Shown piece by piece: positions 45,924-55,135 of a stretch of DNA of 64,000 nt (position 1 is its first letter; each line of letters begins with the position of its first letter). The notes beneath the pieces were generated by a model. It did no database searches, was not told the origin of the DNA, and saw nothing but the letters and a program-made list of their open reading frames with translations. Where the stretch lies: the IMG/VR virus record IMGVR_UViG_3300025913_000019. One strand, given 5' to 3'. A program made the translations under genes and the position numbers. This DNA is from a virus (Duplodnaviria; Caudoviricetes).

Positions 45924-46471
45924 GCGTCCTCCCGATCGATTTGGTGAACCGGCCGCGCCAGACCGTTGTGGCGCAACCAGCGGGTGACAGCGAACTTGCG
46001 ACCGTCAGCAGCAGTACGTGAGTCGATGTCGTTCGCGTACCAATGCTCGCGATGCCAGAACGGGAACAGGACGTCACCGTCGATCCGTTCGTGCAGCGTC
46101 GTAAGCAGCAGCTCGTGAGCGTATGGCAGCGCCTGCTCGTACATCTGCGCGCCGCCAGCGATGTAGATCGGCACGCCGGCATCGCACCGATCATCGAGGA
46201 CACGAAGCGCGTTCATCAAGTCCGTGAAGACGTGAGCGCCCTTGGCCTCGTAGCCCGGCTGGCGACTGATGACGATGTTCTCACGGTACGGCAGCGGCCG
46301 GTACTTGGGCGGGATCGATTCCCAGGTTCGACGACCCATCACCACGTAGCGACCCGTGGTCGTGGCCTTGAAATGGGCCATGTCCTCGGGCAGATGCCAC
46401 GGGATCGAATTCGAGTCCGAGCGGCCGATGACTCGGCCTTCCGCCATCGCGGCGATGAGTACGATCTTCAT
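45920..46471 (-). CDS. folA: Dihydrofolate reductase
   Basis: LIAAM..RVIG..IPWHLPEDMAHFK, VVMGRRTWESI, RPLP.R, IAGGAQMY, GDVLFP. Confidence 0.95.
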   Translation of the reverse strand: MKIVLIAAMAEGRVIGRSDSNSIPWHLPEDMAHFKATTTGRYVVMGRRTWESIPPKYRPLPYRENIVISRQPGYEAKGAHVFTDLMNALRVLDDRCDAGVPIYIAGGAQMYEQALPYAHELLLTTLHERIDGDVLFPFWHREHWYANDIDSRTAADGRKFAVTRWLRHNGLARPVHQIDREDA

Positions 46472-46483
46472 GTCGAGCCCTGG

Positions 46484-47989
46484 TCAGACGGCCACCGGTG
46501 CCTTGATGGACGGATGGTGCCGGTAGTTCAGCACCTCGAAGTCCTCGGGCTCGTAGTCGAAGATCGACTCGGGCTTGCGCTTGAGGCGGAGCGTGGGGAA
46601 GGGATACGCTTCACCCACGCGCGCGAGTTGCGTTTCCACCTGTTGGGTGTGCGACTTGTACAGGTGGACGTCGCCGCCGGTCCACACGAAGTCGCCGACG
46701 GCCATGCCGACCTGCTGCGCGATCATGTGCGTCAGCATCGCGTAGCTGGCGATGTTGAACGGCACGCCCAGGAACGTATCGCAGCTGCGCTGGTACAGCT
46801 GGCAGCTGAGGGCGCGACGCGGCACCTGCTGCTCGTCCAGGAACTTGTGCATGTGGGCTTCGATCGCTGCCGCATCCTCGTCATGCAGCGACCAGGAGCC
46901 GACCAGGCCCGGGCCTTCGTACAGCTTCGCGCGCTCGTCCACCGTCAGCTCGTGCGAGTAGAACTGGAACAGGCAGTGGCAGGGCATGAGCGCCATCTTC
47001 GAGAGCTCGGCCACGTTCCAGGCCGAGACGATGATGCGCCGGCAGTCCGGGTTCGTCTTCAGGCGGTTGATGACCCAGTCGATCTGGTCGATGGGTTTCT
47101 GGTACACAGTGGCGGGCGGGCGGCCCTTGCCGTCGATGTCCGTGCTGGCGATTTCGACCAGCGTGTTGCAGCCGGGAGGCACGGCGCCGCCGGGAGCCGT
47201 GACATCGACCTGGCCGGGCCACGCGCGCCACTGCGCACCGTAGACGGGACCGAGGTTGCCGTCCTTGTCGGCCCACTCGTCCCAAATCGTGCAGCCGCGT
47301 TCCTGCAGCCACTTGACGTTGGTGTCGCCGCGCAGGAACCACAACAGTTCGGTGATGACCGACTTGAGGGCCACCTTCTTGGTCGTCACGAGCGGGAAGC
47401 CCTTGCTCAGGTCGTAGCGCAGCTGGTAGCCGAAGATCGAGGTGGTGCCGGTACCCGTGCGATCACCCTTGTAGCGGCCGTTGTCACGGATGTGGCGCAT
47501 CATCGTCTCGTACTGCACGTCCGGTGCAGCTTCCGGCGTCGTCGGCTCCGGGAAGAACGCTGCATCGTCGACGATGACCATGCTCGGGGTGACACCACGC
47601 TGCTTCGGCTCCGACTTCTCGGTCGCCTGGCTGAAGTCAGGATGCGCACGCGACCAGCCGGCCTTGTGACAGGCCGGGCACGCTTCCTTGGCCAGCGTGC
47701 AGTCGCCGCAGAGGCAGCCTTCGGGAGCACTGGCGTGCATGTAGTTCGTGTTCATCGTCTGTTCCTTGTCGTTGAGACTCATGGCATAGGCCAGGAGATC
47801 GTTGAGGTTGCCGGGGGTGATGTGGATCGTTCCCCTCGGCGACTCGGGGTTCTTCGTGCCGTCGCGGTAGTGGAAGTTCGCGACCAGCCCGACGACCTGC
47901 ATCTTGCGCTCGGGCGACGACCTGATCCAGCAGCCCTTCATCTCCCGCTTGACGTTCAGTACGAACGTGCTGTGATCGTCGGCCATCAT
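46484..47989 (-). CDS. thyA: Thymidylate synthase with N-terminal extension
   Basis: [48 protein letters not shown]. Confidence 0.95.
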   Translation of the reverse strand: MMADDHSTFVLNVKREMKGCWIRSSPERKMQVVGLVANFHYRDGTKNPESPRGTIHITPGNLNDLLAYAMSLNDKEQTMNTNYMHASAPEGCLCGDCTLAKEACPACHKAGWSRAHPDFSQATEKSEPKQRGVTPSMVIVDDAAFFPEPTTPEAAPDVQYETMMRHIRDNGRYKGDRTGTGTTSIFGYQLRYDLSKGFPLVTTKKVALKSVITELLWFLRGDTNVKWLQERGCTIWDEWADKDGNLGPVYGAQWRAWPGQVDVTAPGGAVPPGCNTLVEIASTDIDGKGRPPATVYQKPIDQIDWVINRLKTNPDCRRIIVSAWNVAELSKMALMPCHCLFQFYSHELTVDERAKLYEGPGLVGSWSLHDEDAAAIEAHMHKFLDEQQVPRRALSCQLYQRSCDTFLGVPFNIASYAMLTHMIAQQVGMAVGDFVWTGGDVHLYKSHTQQVETQLARVGEAYPFPTLRLKRKPESIFDYEPEDFEVLNYRHHPSIKAPVAV

Positions 47990-48567
47990 GCACGCTCCGC
48001 TTGTTGACGGAGTCGAGTATCGTCATCGACCGCACCCGTCGTCTTCGCCCCGCCGGTGTGGACGTGTGCCTGCATACGTGTCTGCGACCAGCGCAGGCAG
48101 TCGCTCTGCGTCAGACACCGCATTGCCATGTTGGACTTGGTCTCGCGGACCTCGACCTTGGTGCAGACGACACGCGGCCAGTAGCCGTGGATCTTCAACC
48201 AGCCGTCTGGCCCGTTGAGGTAGTCGAAGATGAAGTCCGAGAGGCCTTCGCAGCCGGTGCGTTCGACCTCGACCACCTTGGCCAGACCATGAGCGCGAAG
48301 TGCGATCAGGGTATCGCGTTGCGGATCGTCCTGCGCCACCAGCAGCGTGTGGTCGAACCAGTCCTCGAAATCGTCCTTCAGCGGCTTGAGCGATCCGAAG
48401 TCGACCACCCAGTTGCGGGCGTCCAGGTCAGCGGCGCCGAACTCGAGATGGATCGACAGCGCGTAGCCGTGCACGACGTTGCAGTGGCTGTCGGCACGCC
48501 ACTGGCGGTACGCGACCGGGAACGCCTCGCTGTACGTCTTGGTCGAGTAGAACGGGAACTCCATCAT
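47986..48567 (-). CDS. queD: 6-carboxytetrahydropterin synthase (QueD/PTPS-like)
   Basis: [29 protein letters not shown]. Confidence 0.85.
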   Translation of the reverse strand: MMEFPFYSTKTYSEAFPVAYRQWRADSHCNVVHGYALSIHLEFGAADLDARNWVVDFGSLKPLKDDFEDWFDHTLLVAQDDPQRDTLIALRAHGLAKVVEVERTGCEGLSDFIFDYLNGPDGWLKIHGYWPRVVCTKVEVRETKSNMAMRCLTQSDCLRWSQTRMQAHVHTGGAKTTGAVDDDTRLRQQAERA

Positions 48568-48577
48568 GGTCAGCCTC

Positions 48578-49021
48578 TCATCTCATCGTGTAGATGCGAC
48601 GACCCGGAGTAGGCTCGTCGCACGTGTGACTCTTCTGCGGCTCAAGCCGCCTCTGTACTTCCTTGGGAAGGTCCTTGGCTTCAACAGGCTTCGGTTCCTT
48701 CTTCGCACTCTCTTTATAGTTCCGCCTCGGTGGCAACTCGGAACCAGGCAGAGCACGGAACTGCGTGGCCGTCAACCTGGTCTGGTGCACAGGAACGCCA
48801 CAAGCGCCGCCAAGCTCAACACGCTTGCGGCGCTTTCGGATCTTGCGCACGTGTAGGTTCTGCGCGATCTGGTATGCCATGGGGTCCACGAACTGCTTGT
48901 CGACCGACCAATACTTGTGACCTTTCGGGCAATCGTGTGCTATGACCTGGCCCTTGCGACCTGCGTTGGCCATGACGGACCCGCAGTCGGGACAGCTCAG
49001 TCTGCGTGGTCCGCCACCCAT
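48578..49021 (-). CDS. Basic zinc-ribbon protein
   Basis: CPDCG...CPKGH; Arg/Lys-rich. Confidence 0.5.
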   Translation of the reverse strand: MGGGPRRLSCPDCGSVMANAGRKGQVIAHDCPKGHKYWSVDKQFVDPMAYQIAQNLHVRKIRKRRKRVELGGACGVPVHQTRLTATQFRALPGSELPPRRNYKESAKKEPKPVEAKDLPKEVQRRLEPQKSHTCDEPTPGRRIYTMR

Positions 49022-49023
49022 GG

Positions 49024-49248
49024 TCAGCCCTTCTTCAGGTACTCGGAGAGCGCCGGTTCCTCGTGGACCAGGAAGTCGCGGATGAACGAGGTGTTGGAGA
49101 GACCGACATAGCGCCAGCGCTCCTTCACCTCGTCACTGATCACGACCTGCTGGCCGTTGTTGAAGACCTGGAGCTGATCGAAGGGAACAGCGTCGAGGGT
49201 GCGAAGAGCCTCGACGTGCGCCATCACTTCCTCGACGTTGATCCTCAT
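49024..49248 (-). CDS. Small hypothetical protein
   Basis: 74 aa; packed between neighbours. Confidence 0.55.
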   Translation of the reverse strand: MRINVEEVMAHVEALRTLDAVPFDQLQVFNNGQQVVISDEVKERWRYVGLSNTSFIRDFLVHEEPALSEYLKKG

Positions 49249-49251
49249 GGC

Positions 49252-50172
49252 TCAGACTCCTTCGTCTTCCGGCTCGTCGTCGACCGGCGCTTCGTCGGCC
49301 AGGTCACGCGCCACGTCCTGGTGCTCGGCGTCGGTCATGTTGGCGCCGAAGTCCGTCGTGGCCGTGCCGGCCGAGCCGCCCAGCAGGTTCGCGACGCTGT
49401 TCGGATGCGCGTCGGTGCCGCGGGCCGCGATCTCGGCAGCGGAACCACGGAGCATCACGCCCGACTCGGTGACACCGATCGTGGCTTGCGCAGCGCGCAG
49501 GCGATCGTTGGATTCCACCTGGTCGATGTAGGCCTTGGCCAGCGGCAGCGCGAGCTTGGACCAGCCTTCGAGGCGTTCCTGGACCTTCTCGAGTTCGGCG
49601 ATCGTCAGCCATTCGCTGTTGTCGATCTGGCCGGCTTCGGGGTTGATCGCCGCCTTCTCGGCCGCGCTGACGTAGCGGATGGCGACGACGCCGCAGTGCA
49701 CGCAGCCGACCTCGTTGGTGTCGGCCAGCAGGTGCGTGAAGCTCAGGGTCTGCTCGGGCAGGCCGGCTTCTTCCGCGAGTTCGCGGTTACCCTCGATGCT
49801 CAGCCAGGTCGCGAAGTTCGTGGCGGCGGGGATCGCTTCGTCCATGTGGCCGCCCAGGCCGATGCTGAGGTTGCCGATGAGCCGGCCTTCGCCGCCGGCG
49901 CCGCCGCGGCTGTAGGTGAACACGCGGTAGTCGTCGTCGATGCAGAGGATGTAGGGGATGATCTGGCGCAGGCTCGTGTCGGACTCGCAGTAGGCGCGGT
50001 CGACGAGGCGCAGCTGCGTGTTGTCCAGCGAGTAGAAGCTGGAGTCGATCGGCAGCGACATCGGGCGCGAACCCGAACTCGGCTTGCCGTCGGAGCCGTA
50101 GATGGCCTGGTAGCTGGGCTGGAGAGCGGACAGTGCGACGCACAGGGCGTACTTGATCTTCGGAGCGTTCAT
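49252..50172 (-). CDS. MutT/NUDIX-like phosphoesterase (COG4112-like)
   Basis: RQIIPY, EGRL.GNLSIGLGGH, RELAEEAG, VG.VHCG. Confidence 0.7.
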   Translation of the reverse strand: MNAPKIKYALCVALSALQPSYQAIYGSDGKPSSGSRPMSLPIDSSFYSLDNTQLRLVDRAYCESDTSLRQIIPYILCIDDDYRVFTYSRGGAGGEGRLIGNLSIGLGGHMDEAIPAATNFATWLSIEGNRELAEEAGLPEQTLSFTHLLADTNEVGCVHCGVVAIRYVSAAEKAAINPEAGQIDNSEWLTIAELEKVQERLEGWSKLALPLAKAYIDQVESNDRLRAAQATIGVTESGVMLRGSAAEIAARGTDAHPNSVANLLGGSAGTATTDFGANMTDAEHQDVARDLADEAPVDDEPEDEGV

Positions 50173-50221
50173 GGGAACCTCAGTGTGGTGATGAGCTTGC
50201 GCTCGGATTAGAGCTCAGGGC

Positions 50222-50908
50222 TCACTTGTGGAACTTGTTGTCGGACATGGAGACGTTGATGTCGCTCATGTCGAAGAAGGGCTCGTCCGGCTTGCAGCCG
50301 AAGAGCGTGGTCTTGATCGCCGACGCGATGGAGAAGCCTTCCTGCTGTGCGCCGATGATGGCTTCGAGCACGTTCTCCATCGGCATGCCGAACTTCATGG
50401 CTTCGGACCGGCACGCGATCATGAGGGCACCGAGGCCGGAGGCGAACTCGACCATCACGTCCTTGCGGGCCGACTCGAGATCGTTGCTGCACAGGCGGTT
50501 GAACTCGAGCAGTCGCGCCCACGGTGCGTCGAACGAGTGCTCGCCGAACGTCTCCTTCATCGTCTGCTGCGCACGCGAGAGCATCTCGAAGAGCAGCTGC
50601 TCGAAGCCGCGGTAGCCGACGCCCAGCTTGACCTCGTCCGGCGTCTCGTAGTGGCCGATGAGACGGACCTTCCAGTAGATCTCGTAGAGCGACTTCATGT
50701 GCTTGTCGAGTTCGTACCGGAAGTGGTACAGGCGCTGGTCGGCGGACTCCGGCACCTTGTTCTTGTCGAAGAGACCGTACAGGCTGGTCTCGGTCGAGAC
50801 CGGGAGCTTGTTGCTCTCGTTGTAGCGCTCGATGTTGAACGCGAAGTTGTGCTCGCTGGTCCTGCTCAGGACCTGCTGCATCTGCGAAGCAGTCAGGTGT
50901 TGGTACAT
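50222..50908 (-). CDS. Possible degenerate MazG-like NTP pyrophosphatase
   Basis: ACRSEAMKFGMPMENVLEAII resembles a helix of phage MazG-like proteins; acidic metal motif not evident. Confidence 0.35.
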   Translation of the reverse strand: MYQHLTASQMQQVLSRTSEHNFAFNIERYNESNKLPVSTETSLYGLFDKNKVPESADQRLYHFRYELDKHMKSLYEIYWKVRLIGHYETPDEVKLGVGYRGFEQLLFEMLSRAQQTMKETFGEHSFDAPWARLLEFNRLCSNDLESARKDVMVEFASGLGALMIACRSEAMKFGMPMENVLEAIIGAQQEGFSIASAIKTTLFGCKPDEPFFDMSDINVSMSDNKFHK

Positions 50909-50910
50909 GG

Positions 50911-51630
50911 TCAGTCCTTGAAGGTGGGGATGAAGCGCATGAACTCGGCGCGGAGCTCCGGGGCTTCCATGAACTTGCCGCCGAGCTTCGATGTCACGGT
51001 CGAAGATCCCTCGTCGCGGACGCCGCGGCTCTTGACGCAGTAGTGCTCGGCTTCGATCACGACGGCGACATCGTCGGTGCCGAGGACGAACTGCAGCGCA
51101 TGGTAGATCTGCATCGTCAGCCGCTCCTGGATCTGCGGTCGCTTCGAGAAGAACTCGACGATGCGGTTCAGCTTGGAGAGGCCGAGCACCTTGTCTTTCG
51201 CCAGGTAGGCGACGTGGCACTTGCCGGCGATGATGACGAAGTGATGCTCGCAGTTCGACTGCACGCTGACGCTGCGTTCCAGCACCATCTCGTTGTAGCC
51301 GATCTTGTTCGAGACCACCGTCGCCTTCGGGAACTTCGCGTAGTCGAGGCCGTAGAAGATTTCGTCGACGTACATCTTGGCGACGCGCTCGGGCGTGTCG
51401 CACAGGCTGTCGTCGGTGAGATCGAGACCCAGCGTCTCCATGATGGCGTGGAAGTGGTACCGGATCTTGGCCTTGCGTTCAGCGTTGGTCATCGGCGTCG
51501 AGTCGCCATTGACGTCGATGATGCCGTTGCGGCCGACCTGCGGGCTCATCGGCGTCTCGACGCCTTGGGCCTTCAGGTGCTGGTGGACCTGGAAGCCCAG
51601 GCTGTAGTCGGTCTTGGTCATGTCGGTCAT
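50911..51630 (-). CDS. folE: GTP cyclohydrolase I
   Basis: DTPERVAKM, SNCEHH, LGLSKL.R, RPQIQERLT, AEHYCVKSRG. Confidence 0.95.
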   Translation of the reverse strand: MTDMTKTDYSLGFQVHQHLKAQGVETPMSPQVGRNGIIDVNGDSTPMTNAERKAKIRYHFHAIMETLGLDLTDDSLCDTPERVAKMYVDEIFYGLDYAKFPKATVVSNKIGYNEMVLERSVSVQSNCEHHFVIIAGKCHVAYLAKDKVLGLSKLNRIVEFFSKRPQIQERLTMQIYHALQFVLGTDDVAVVIEAEHYCVKSRGVRDEGSSTVTSKLGGKFMEAPELRAEFMRFIPTFKD

Positions 51631-52490
51631 GCGATTGCGCAGAAGAGGTGTTGCTGGATCGAGAGCCGGAGGCCGTTCTCGATGGCGTACTGGGCGGCGT
51701 AGCCGTAGTTCCTGGCCGTCGCCACGGGGTCGATGAGGTCGTGATCCCAGGCCGAACTGATCTCGCCCTGGTACGGCTTCTTGTAGACGGCGATCGGGCT
51801 CACGTAGAGCGGGATGCGGTGCTCGCGTGCGAAGACCTGGGCCCACTGGGGCACCTTGTTGTACAGCGGGTCATCGGCGCTGATGAGGAACTTGAGCGCC
51901 GTCGAGTCGAAGACGTTGCGGAGCACGGTCTCGCTTGTCGGCGTGTAGGTGCCGGTGAGCTCGGAGGCCTTCGGGCTCACGACGATGGTCGTCTTGTCCA
52001 GCATCTCGCGGAGACCGAAGGCCGTGTTCTCGGCCTGGCGGAAGAAGCGCGCCTGCGTGCCGTTGGTCTCGATCTGGATGCGGGAGAAGAACGGCGCCGC
52101 CACGTTCATGAAGCGCAGCAGCGTCTGGACTTGGAGCGTCGGCTCGCCACCCGTGATGACCAGGATCTGGCTGGCGTCGAAGCGCTCGTCCTCGATGATG
52201 GAGCGAAGCAGGAAGCTGGGATCGTACTCCGTGGCTTCGCTGAGCTTGAAGTTCGTGTCGCAGAAGGCGCACATGCCGGGGCTCTTCTCAGCCGTGGTCT
52301 TGTCGCCGAAGTTGCAGCCCGCGAGGCGAACGAACCACGCGGGCTTGCCTGCTTCCGGCCCCTCGCCTTGGATGGTGAGGAATGGCGCGCCGGTGACGTA
52401 GAGCAGAGGCGAGTTGTCGAGCTCGGACGGCTTGACGATGCGATCGACGTTCTGGATCACACGCTGGATGGGGATGACTGTCTGTTTCAC
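51627..52490 (-). CDS. queE: 7-carboxy-7-deazaguanine synthase (radical SAM)
   Basis: TIQGEG, FVRLAGC-x14-CAFCDT, VITGGEP, IETNGT, VVSPK, LSIQQH; GTG start overlapping upstream stop. Confidence 0.9.
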   Translation of the reverse strand: MKQTVIPIQRVIQNVDRIVKPSELDNSPLLYVTGAPFLTIQGEGPEAGKPAWFVRLAGCNFGDKTTAEKSPGMCAFCDTNFKLSEATEYDPSFLLRSIIEDERFDASQILVITGGEPTLQVQTLLRFMNVAAPFFSRIQIETNGTQARFFRQAENTAFGLREMLDKTTIVVSPKASELTGTYTPTSETVLRNVFDSTALKFLISADDPLYNKVPQWAQVFAREHRIPLYVSPIAVYKKPYQGEISSAWDHDLIDPVATARNYGYAAQYAIENGLRLSIQQHLFCAIA

Positions 52491-53002
52491 GAGAGGCCCT
52501 CGGTCGAGAAGACGTGTTGGCTGTAGGCGGGGAACACTCGCTTGCACGCCTTGATGATCTGGCGCTTGAGCACGAGCGTTGCGGGGGTCGGGACTTCGAT
52601 GCCCAGTTCCAGGCCTTGACGCTTGGCCCACATACGGTTCGAGTCGCCGTACTTGTCGAAGAGCGGGATCAGGTTGCGAGACCCGAAGTAGACGCGCTGG
52701 TAGCCGATGGCGGCCGCGGCTTCGAGGAACCGGCCGTTGCGGTTGTCGAAGATGCCGGGCTTCCCGTCCTGCGTCGGGATCGGCGGGTACTTGATGTACT
52801 TGAGGCGCTTCAGGCCTTCCTTCTCCATCGATTGCACCGCGATCATCTCGCGCTCCAGGTACGACTGGCCGTAGTCGAAGAACAGCAGGTCGGGCTGCTC
52901 GATGCGACGCTCGGCTTCGATCAGACAGTACAGGCTGTCCCAGCCACCCGAGAAGAGGATGGCGGTGCGGCTCGACTGCCGGATGCGCCAGAGGTCAGTC
53001 AC
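52487..53002 (-). CDS. Short QueC-like PP-loop enzyme lacking the C-terminal Zn site
   Basis: LFSGGWDS, FDYGQ, RE, NRN; no C-x8-C-x2-C-x2-C; start uncertain (53002 or 53056). Confidence 0.7.
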   Translation of the reverse strand: MTDLWRIRQSSRTAILFSGGWDSLYCLIEAERRIEQPDLLFFDYGQSYLEREMIAVQSMEKEGLKRLKYIKYPPIPTQDGKPGIFDNRNGRFLEAAAAIGYQRVYFGSRNLIPLFDKYGDSNRMWAKRQGLELGIEVPTPATLVLKRQIIKACKRVFPAYSQHVFSTEGLS

Positions 53003-53414
53003 GACGGGTTCGGTCTTGTCCTGCACGACGCAGGACGTATGGAAGGACGAGGGCATGGGGCCATTTCCAGTTGAAGGGGAAGAGAGGGCGCGGCTGCATG
53101 ACGCCAGCGTGGCTGGGGATGTCGAGGCAGACGTGAACGAGCCAGCCGAGGCACCACCAGGCGGTGCCGAATGCGCAGTAGCTGAATGCGGCCACGAAGG
53201 CGATGACCAGCAGCGAGTGGACGAGTCGGTACGGGATCAACTCGTTCTCGGTCAGGGTCCAGGACCAGACGTACCAGTCGTGGAAGCCCGACTTGCGGAA
53301 CTTGCGCTCGACCGGCAGCCACACGAGGTCAGGTGCGACACACATGGCGGCGGCACCGTAGTGGCCGGTGAGCAGGAACGGGATGGCCGAGGCCGCGTGG
53401 ACAAGTACGTGCAT
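52995..53414 (-). CDS. YdjM/DUF457-like membrane metal-dependent hydrolase
   Basis: H..VH, APD, HSL, H..LD..SH, PLFPF; hydrophobic segments; AGGAG SD. Confidence 0.65.
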   Translation of the reverse strand: MHVLVHAASAIPFLLTGHYGAAAMCVAPDLVWLPVERKFRKSGFHDWYVWSWTLTENELIPYRLVHSLLVIAFVAAFSYCAFGTAWWCLGWLVHVCLDIPSHAGVMQPRPLFPFNWKWPHALVLPYVLRRAGQDRTRRD

Positions 53415-53423
53415 AGGAACTCC

Positions 53424-53430
53424 TATTTAC
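53424..53430 (-). promoter_or_regulatory. Candidate middle promoter GTAAATA
   Basis: Overlaps TAA stop of the TGT-like gene; upstream of queC-queE-folE. Confidence 0.5.
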
Positions 53431-54764
53431 GGTTTGAGCCCTGCAAAGAAGTCCGTCTTGTGGTACTTCCCATAGCGCTTGATGATCCAGTACTGTCGGC
53501 TCAGGTCTTCCTTCGGAACCGTCTTCACGGTGTCGAAGAGCGTGCCCATCGCTGTCTTCTTCACCGAGTAGTCGATGGCACAGGCCTGCTCGTACTTCTT
53601 AGTCTGGAGGATCAGATCGAAGGCGCGACCCATGGCCGGCAGCACGCGCTTGTCGAAACCGACGCCTGCCTTGTAGAAGAAGCGCGCGATCTCCGTGCCC
53701 TTCAGCTTCTTGGCGATGGCGATCGAAGCCAGGCCATTCAAGGTCTCGCAGCCCTTGTTGATCTGCTCCGCGTTGTGCAGCAGCATCAGCGTCGGGAAGC
53801 CATCCATCCAGTACTCGTACTCGATGAAGTTGCAGATGGGGCAGCTGCACTTGATGCGGCCGTAGTTCCCTTCGCGCGGCGGGATCGTCCCGTTGATGAA
53901 GTTCTTGAACTGCTGGCCGTTCAGATACGTCGTCGAGTCCGAGGTCACGACCTTCTGGTGCAGGTTCGCGATCACGGCCGCGAGGCTCATGCCGATGACA
54001 GAGCTCAGACCCAGCAAGTGGTAGTGCTTGTAGTCGGCCGGATGGAGCATGCCCACCAGCATGTGGGCCGCGATCGCCATCGGGTTCGCGCCCACCGCGG
54101 TGTCGAGGATCGAGCCGCGCAGGCCTGCGATGCACAGGCTGTCCATCGGCTCGGCGAGCGCGATCTTCTGCCATTTGGCGCGGAGCTGCGGTGTCAGGCC
54201 GTGGCTCACGTTCATCAGCGCCCACTTGGCCTTGCGCGCCTTGACCATGACCTTGGAATTCGCGGCCAGCATCCGGGCGCCGGCTTGCACCAGGATCGGA
54301 TCGTCGACGAGCGAGAGCGGGAGGTCGAGACCGACGCCCGAGTCGGCGAACGTGTCGTGCAGCGCTGTCAGCTCGATAGGATCGATGAAGTCCTTCAGGC
54401 CGGTGAAGAGCTGGAAGCCGCCCGAGTCCTGGATGCGGTAGCACAGCTTGCCGAGCTCACGTGCTTGATGAAGGTGCGACTCCTTCATCACCTTGTCCTG
54501 CGCGTTGTAGAGGCCGAAGTGCGTGCGCTGCAGCAGCTCGCGACCCGGATGCCAGGCGTCCTTGAGTTTGATGCGCGCGCTGTGAGCGATGCGCTGACCC
54601 ATGCCCTCCATGATGCGGACGCCGGCAGCCTTGCCCTCGATCTCCTTGCGGTACATGTGCGGCTCATACGAGCCGTGGAACGGCTTCTTGATGAGAGACT
54701 GGTTGTAGAGCTGCTCCATGGCAGCAGGCGCCCAATAGTATCCGGGCTTCGGAAGCTGTCGCAT
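53427..54764 (-). CDS. dpdA: TGT-superfamily 7-deazaguanine transglycosylase (DpdA-like)
   Basis: IQDSGGFQ, GLDLP, NVSHG, HYHLLG, SDST, Zn site CSCPIC...HN. Confidence 0.75.
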   Translation of the reverse strand: MRQLPKPGYYWAPAAMEQLYNQSLIKKPFHGSYEPHMYRKEIEGKAAGVRIMEGMGQRIAHSARIKLKDAWHPGRELLQRTHFGLYNAQDKVMKESHLHQARELGKLCYRIQDSGGFQLFTGLKDFIDPIELTALHDTFADSGVGLDLPLSLVDDPILVQAGARMLAANSKVMVKARKAKWALMNVSHGLTPQLRAKWQKIALAEPMDSLCIAGLRGSILDTAVGANPMAIAAHMLVGMLHPADYKHYHLLGLSSVIGMSLAAVIANLHQKVVTSDSTTYLNGQQFKNFINGTIPPREGNYGRIKCSCPICNFIEYEYWMDGFPTLMLLHNAEQINKGCETLNGLASIAIAKKLKGTEIARFFYKAGVGFDKRVLPAMGRAFDLILQTKKYEQACAIDYSVKKTAMGTLFDTVKTVPKEDLSRQYWIIKRYGKYHKTDFFAGLKP

Positions 54765-54774
54765 CGTCTTCTTT

Positions 54775-55134
54775 CTATTTCGAGAGCAAGAGCTTGCGGC
54801 CTCGATCGAGGAACTCGCGCATCATCTTGGCTTGTTTGGCTTCGAGGTTGAAGTTGGCGCTCAGAACTGTCGCATCAGCGTTCAGCTGCAGGAGGTACTT
54901 GTGCTCCGGCTTGAGGACGTGCTTGATGGCCGCAACGGAAACCTCGGCATCGAACTTGACCAGGGTCCACGTAGGCGTCACTTCGGCGTCGATAAAACTG
55001 TTGATCGACTCCTTGATCTTGAGCAGCTCCTGCTCGGTCAGCACCGCATTGATCCACAGCAGGAAGATGCGGGTCGGCGGCGCTCGGAGCTCTCGTCTCT
55101 CATCGACGTAGGTACGTGGTACCAGATCGTTCAT
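54775..55134 (-). CDS. Hypothetical protein
   Basis: 119 aa; GAGGTG SD. Confidence 0.6.
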   Translation of the reverse strand: MNDLVPRTYVDERRELRAPPTRIFLLWINAVLTEQELLKIKESINSFIDAEVTPTWTLVKFDAEVSVAAIKHVLKPEHKYLLQLNADATVLSANFNLEAKQAKMMREFLDRGRKLLLSK

Positions 55135-55135
55135 G

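Noticed and set aside
54775-54783. CGAAATAG upstream of the dpdA-like gene as a GTAAATA promoter
   Set aside because: Mismatched core and coincides with the upstream TAG stop.
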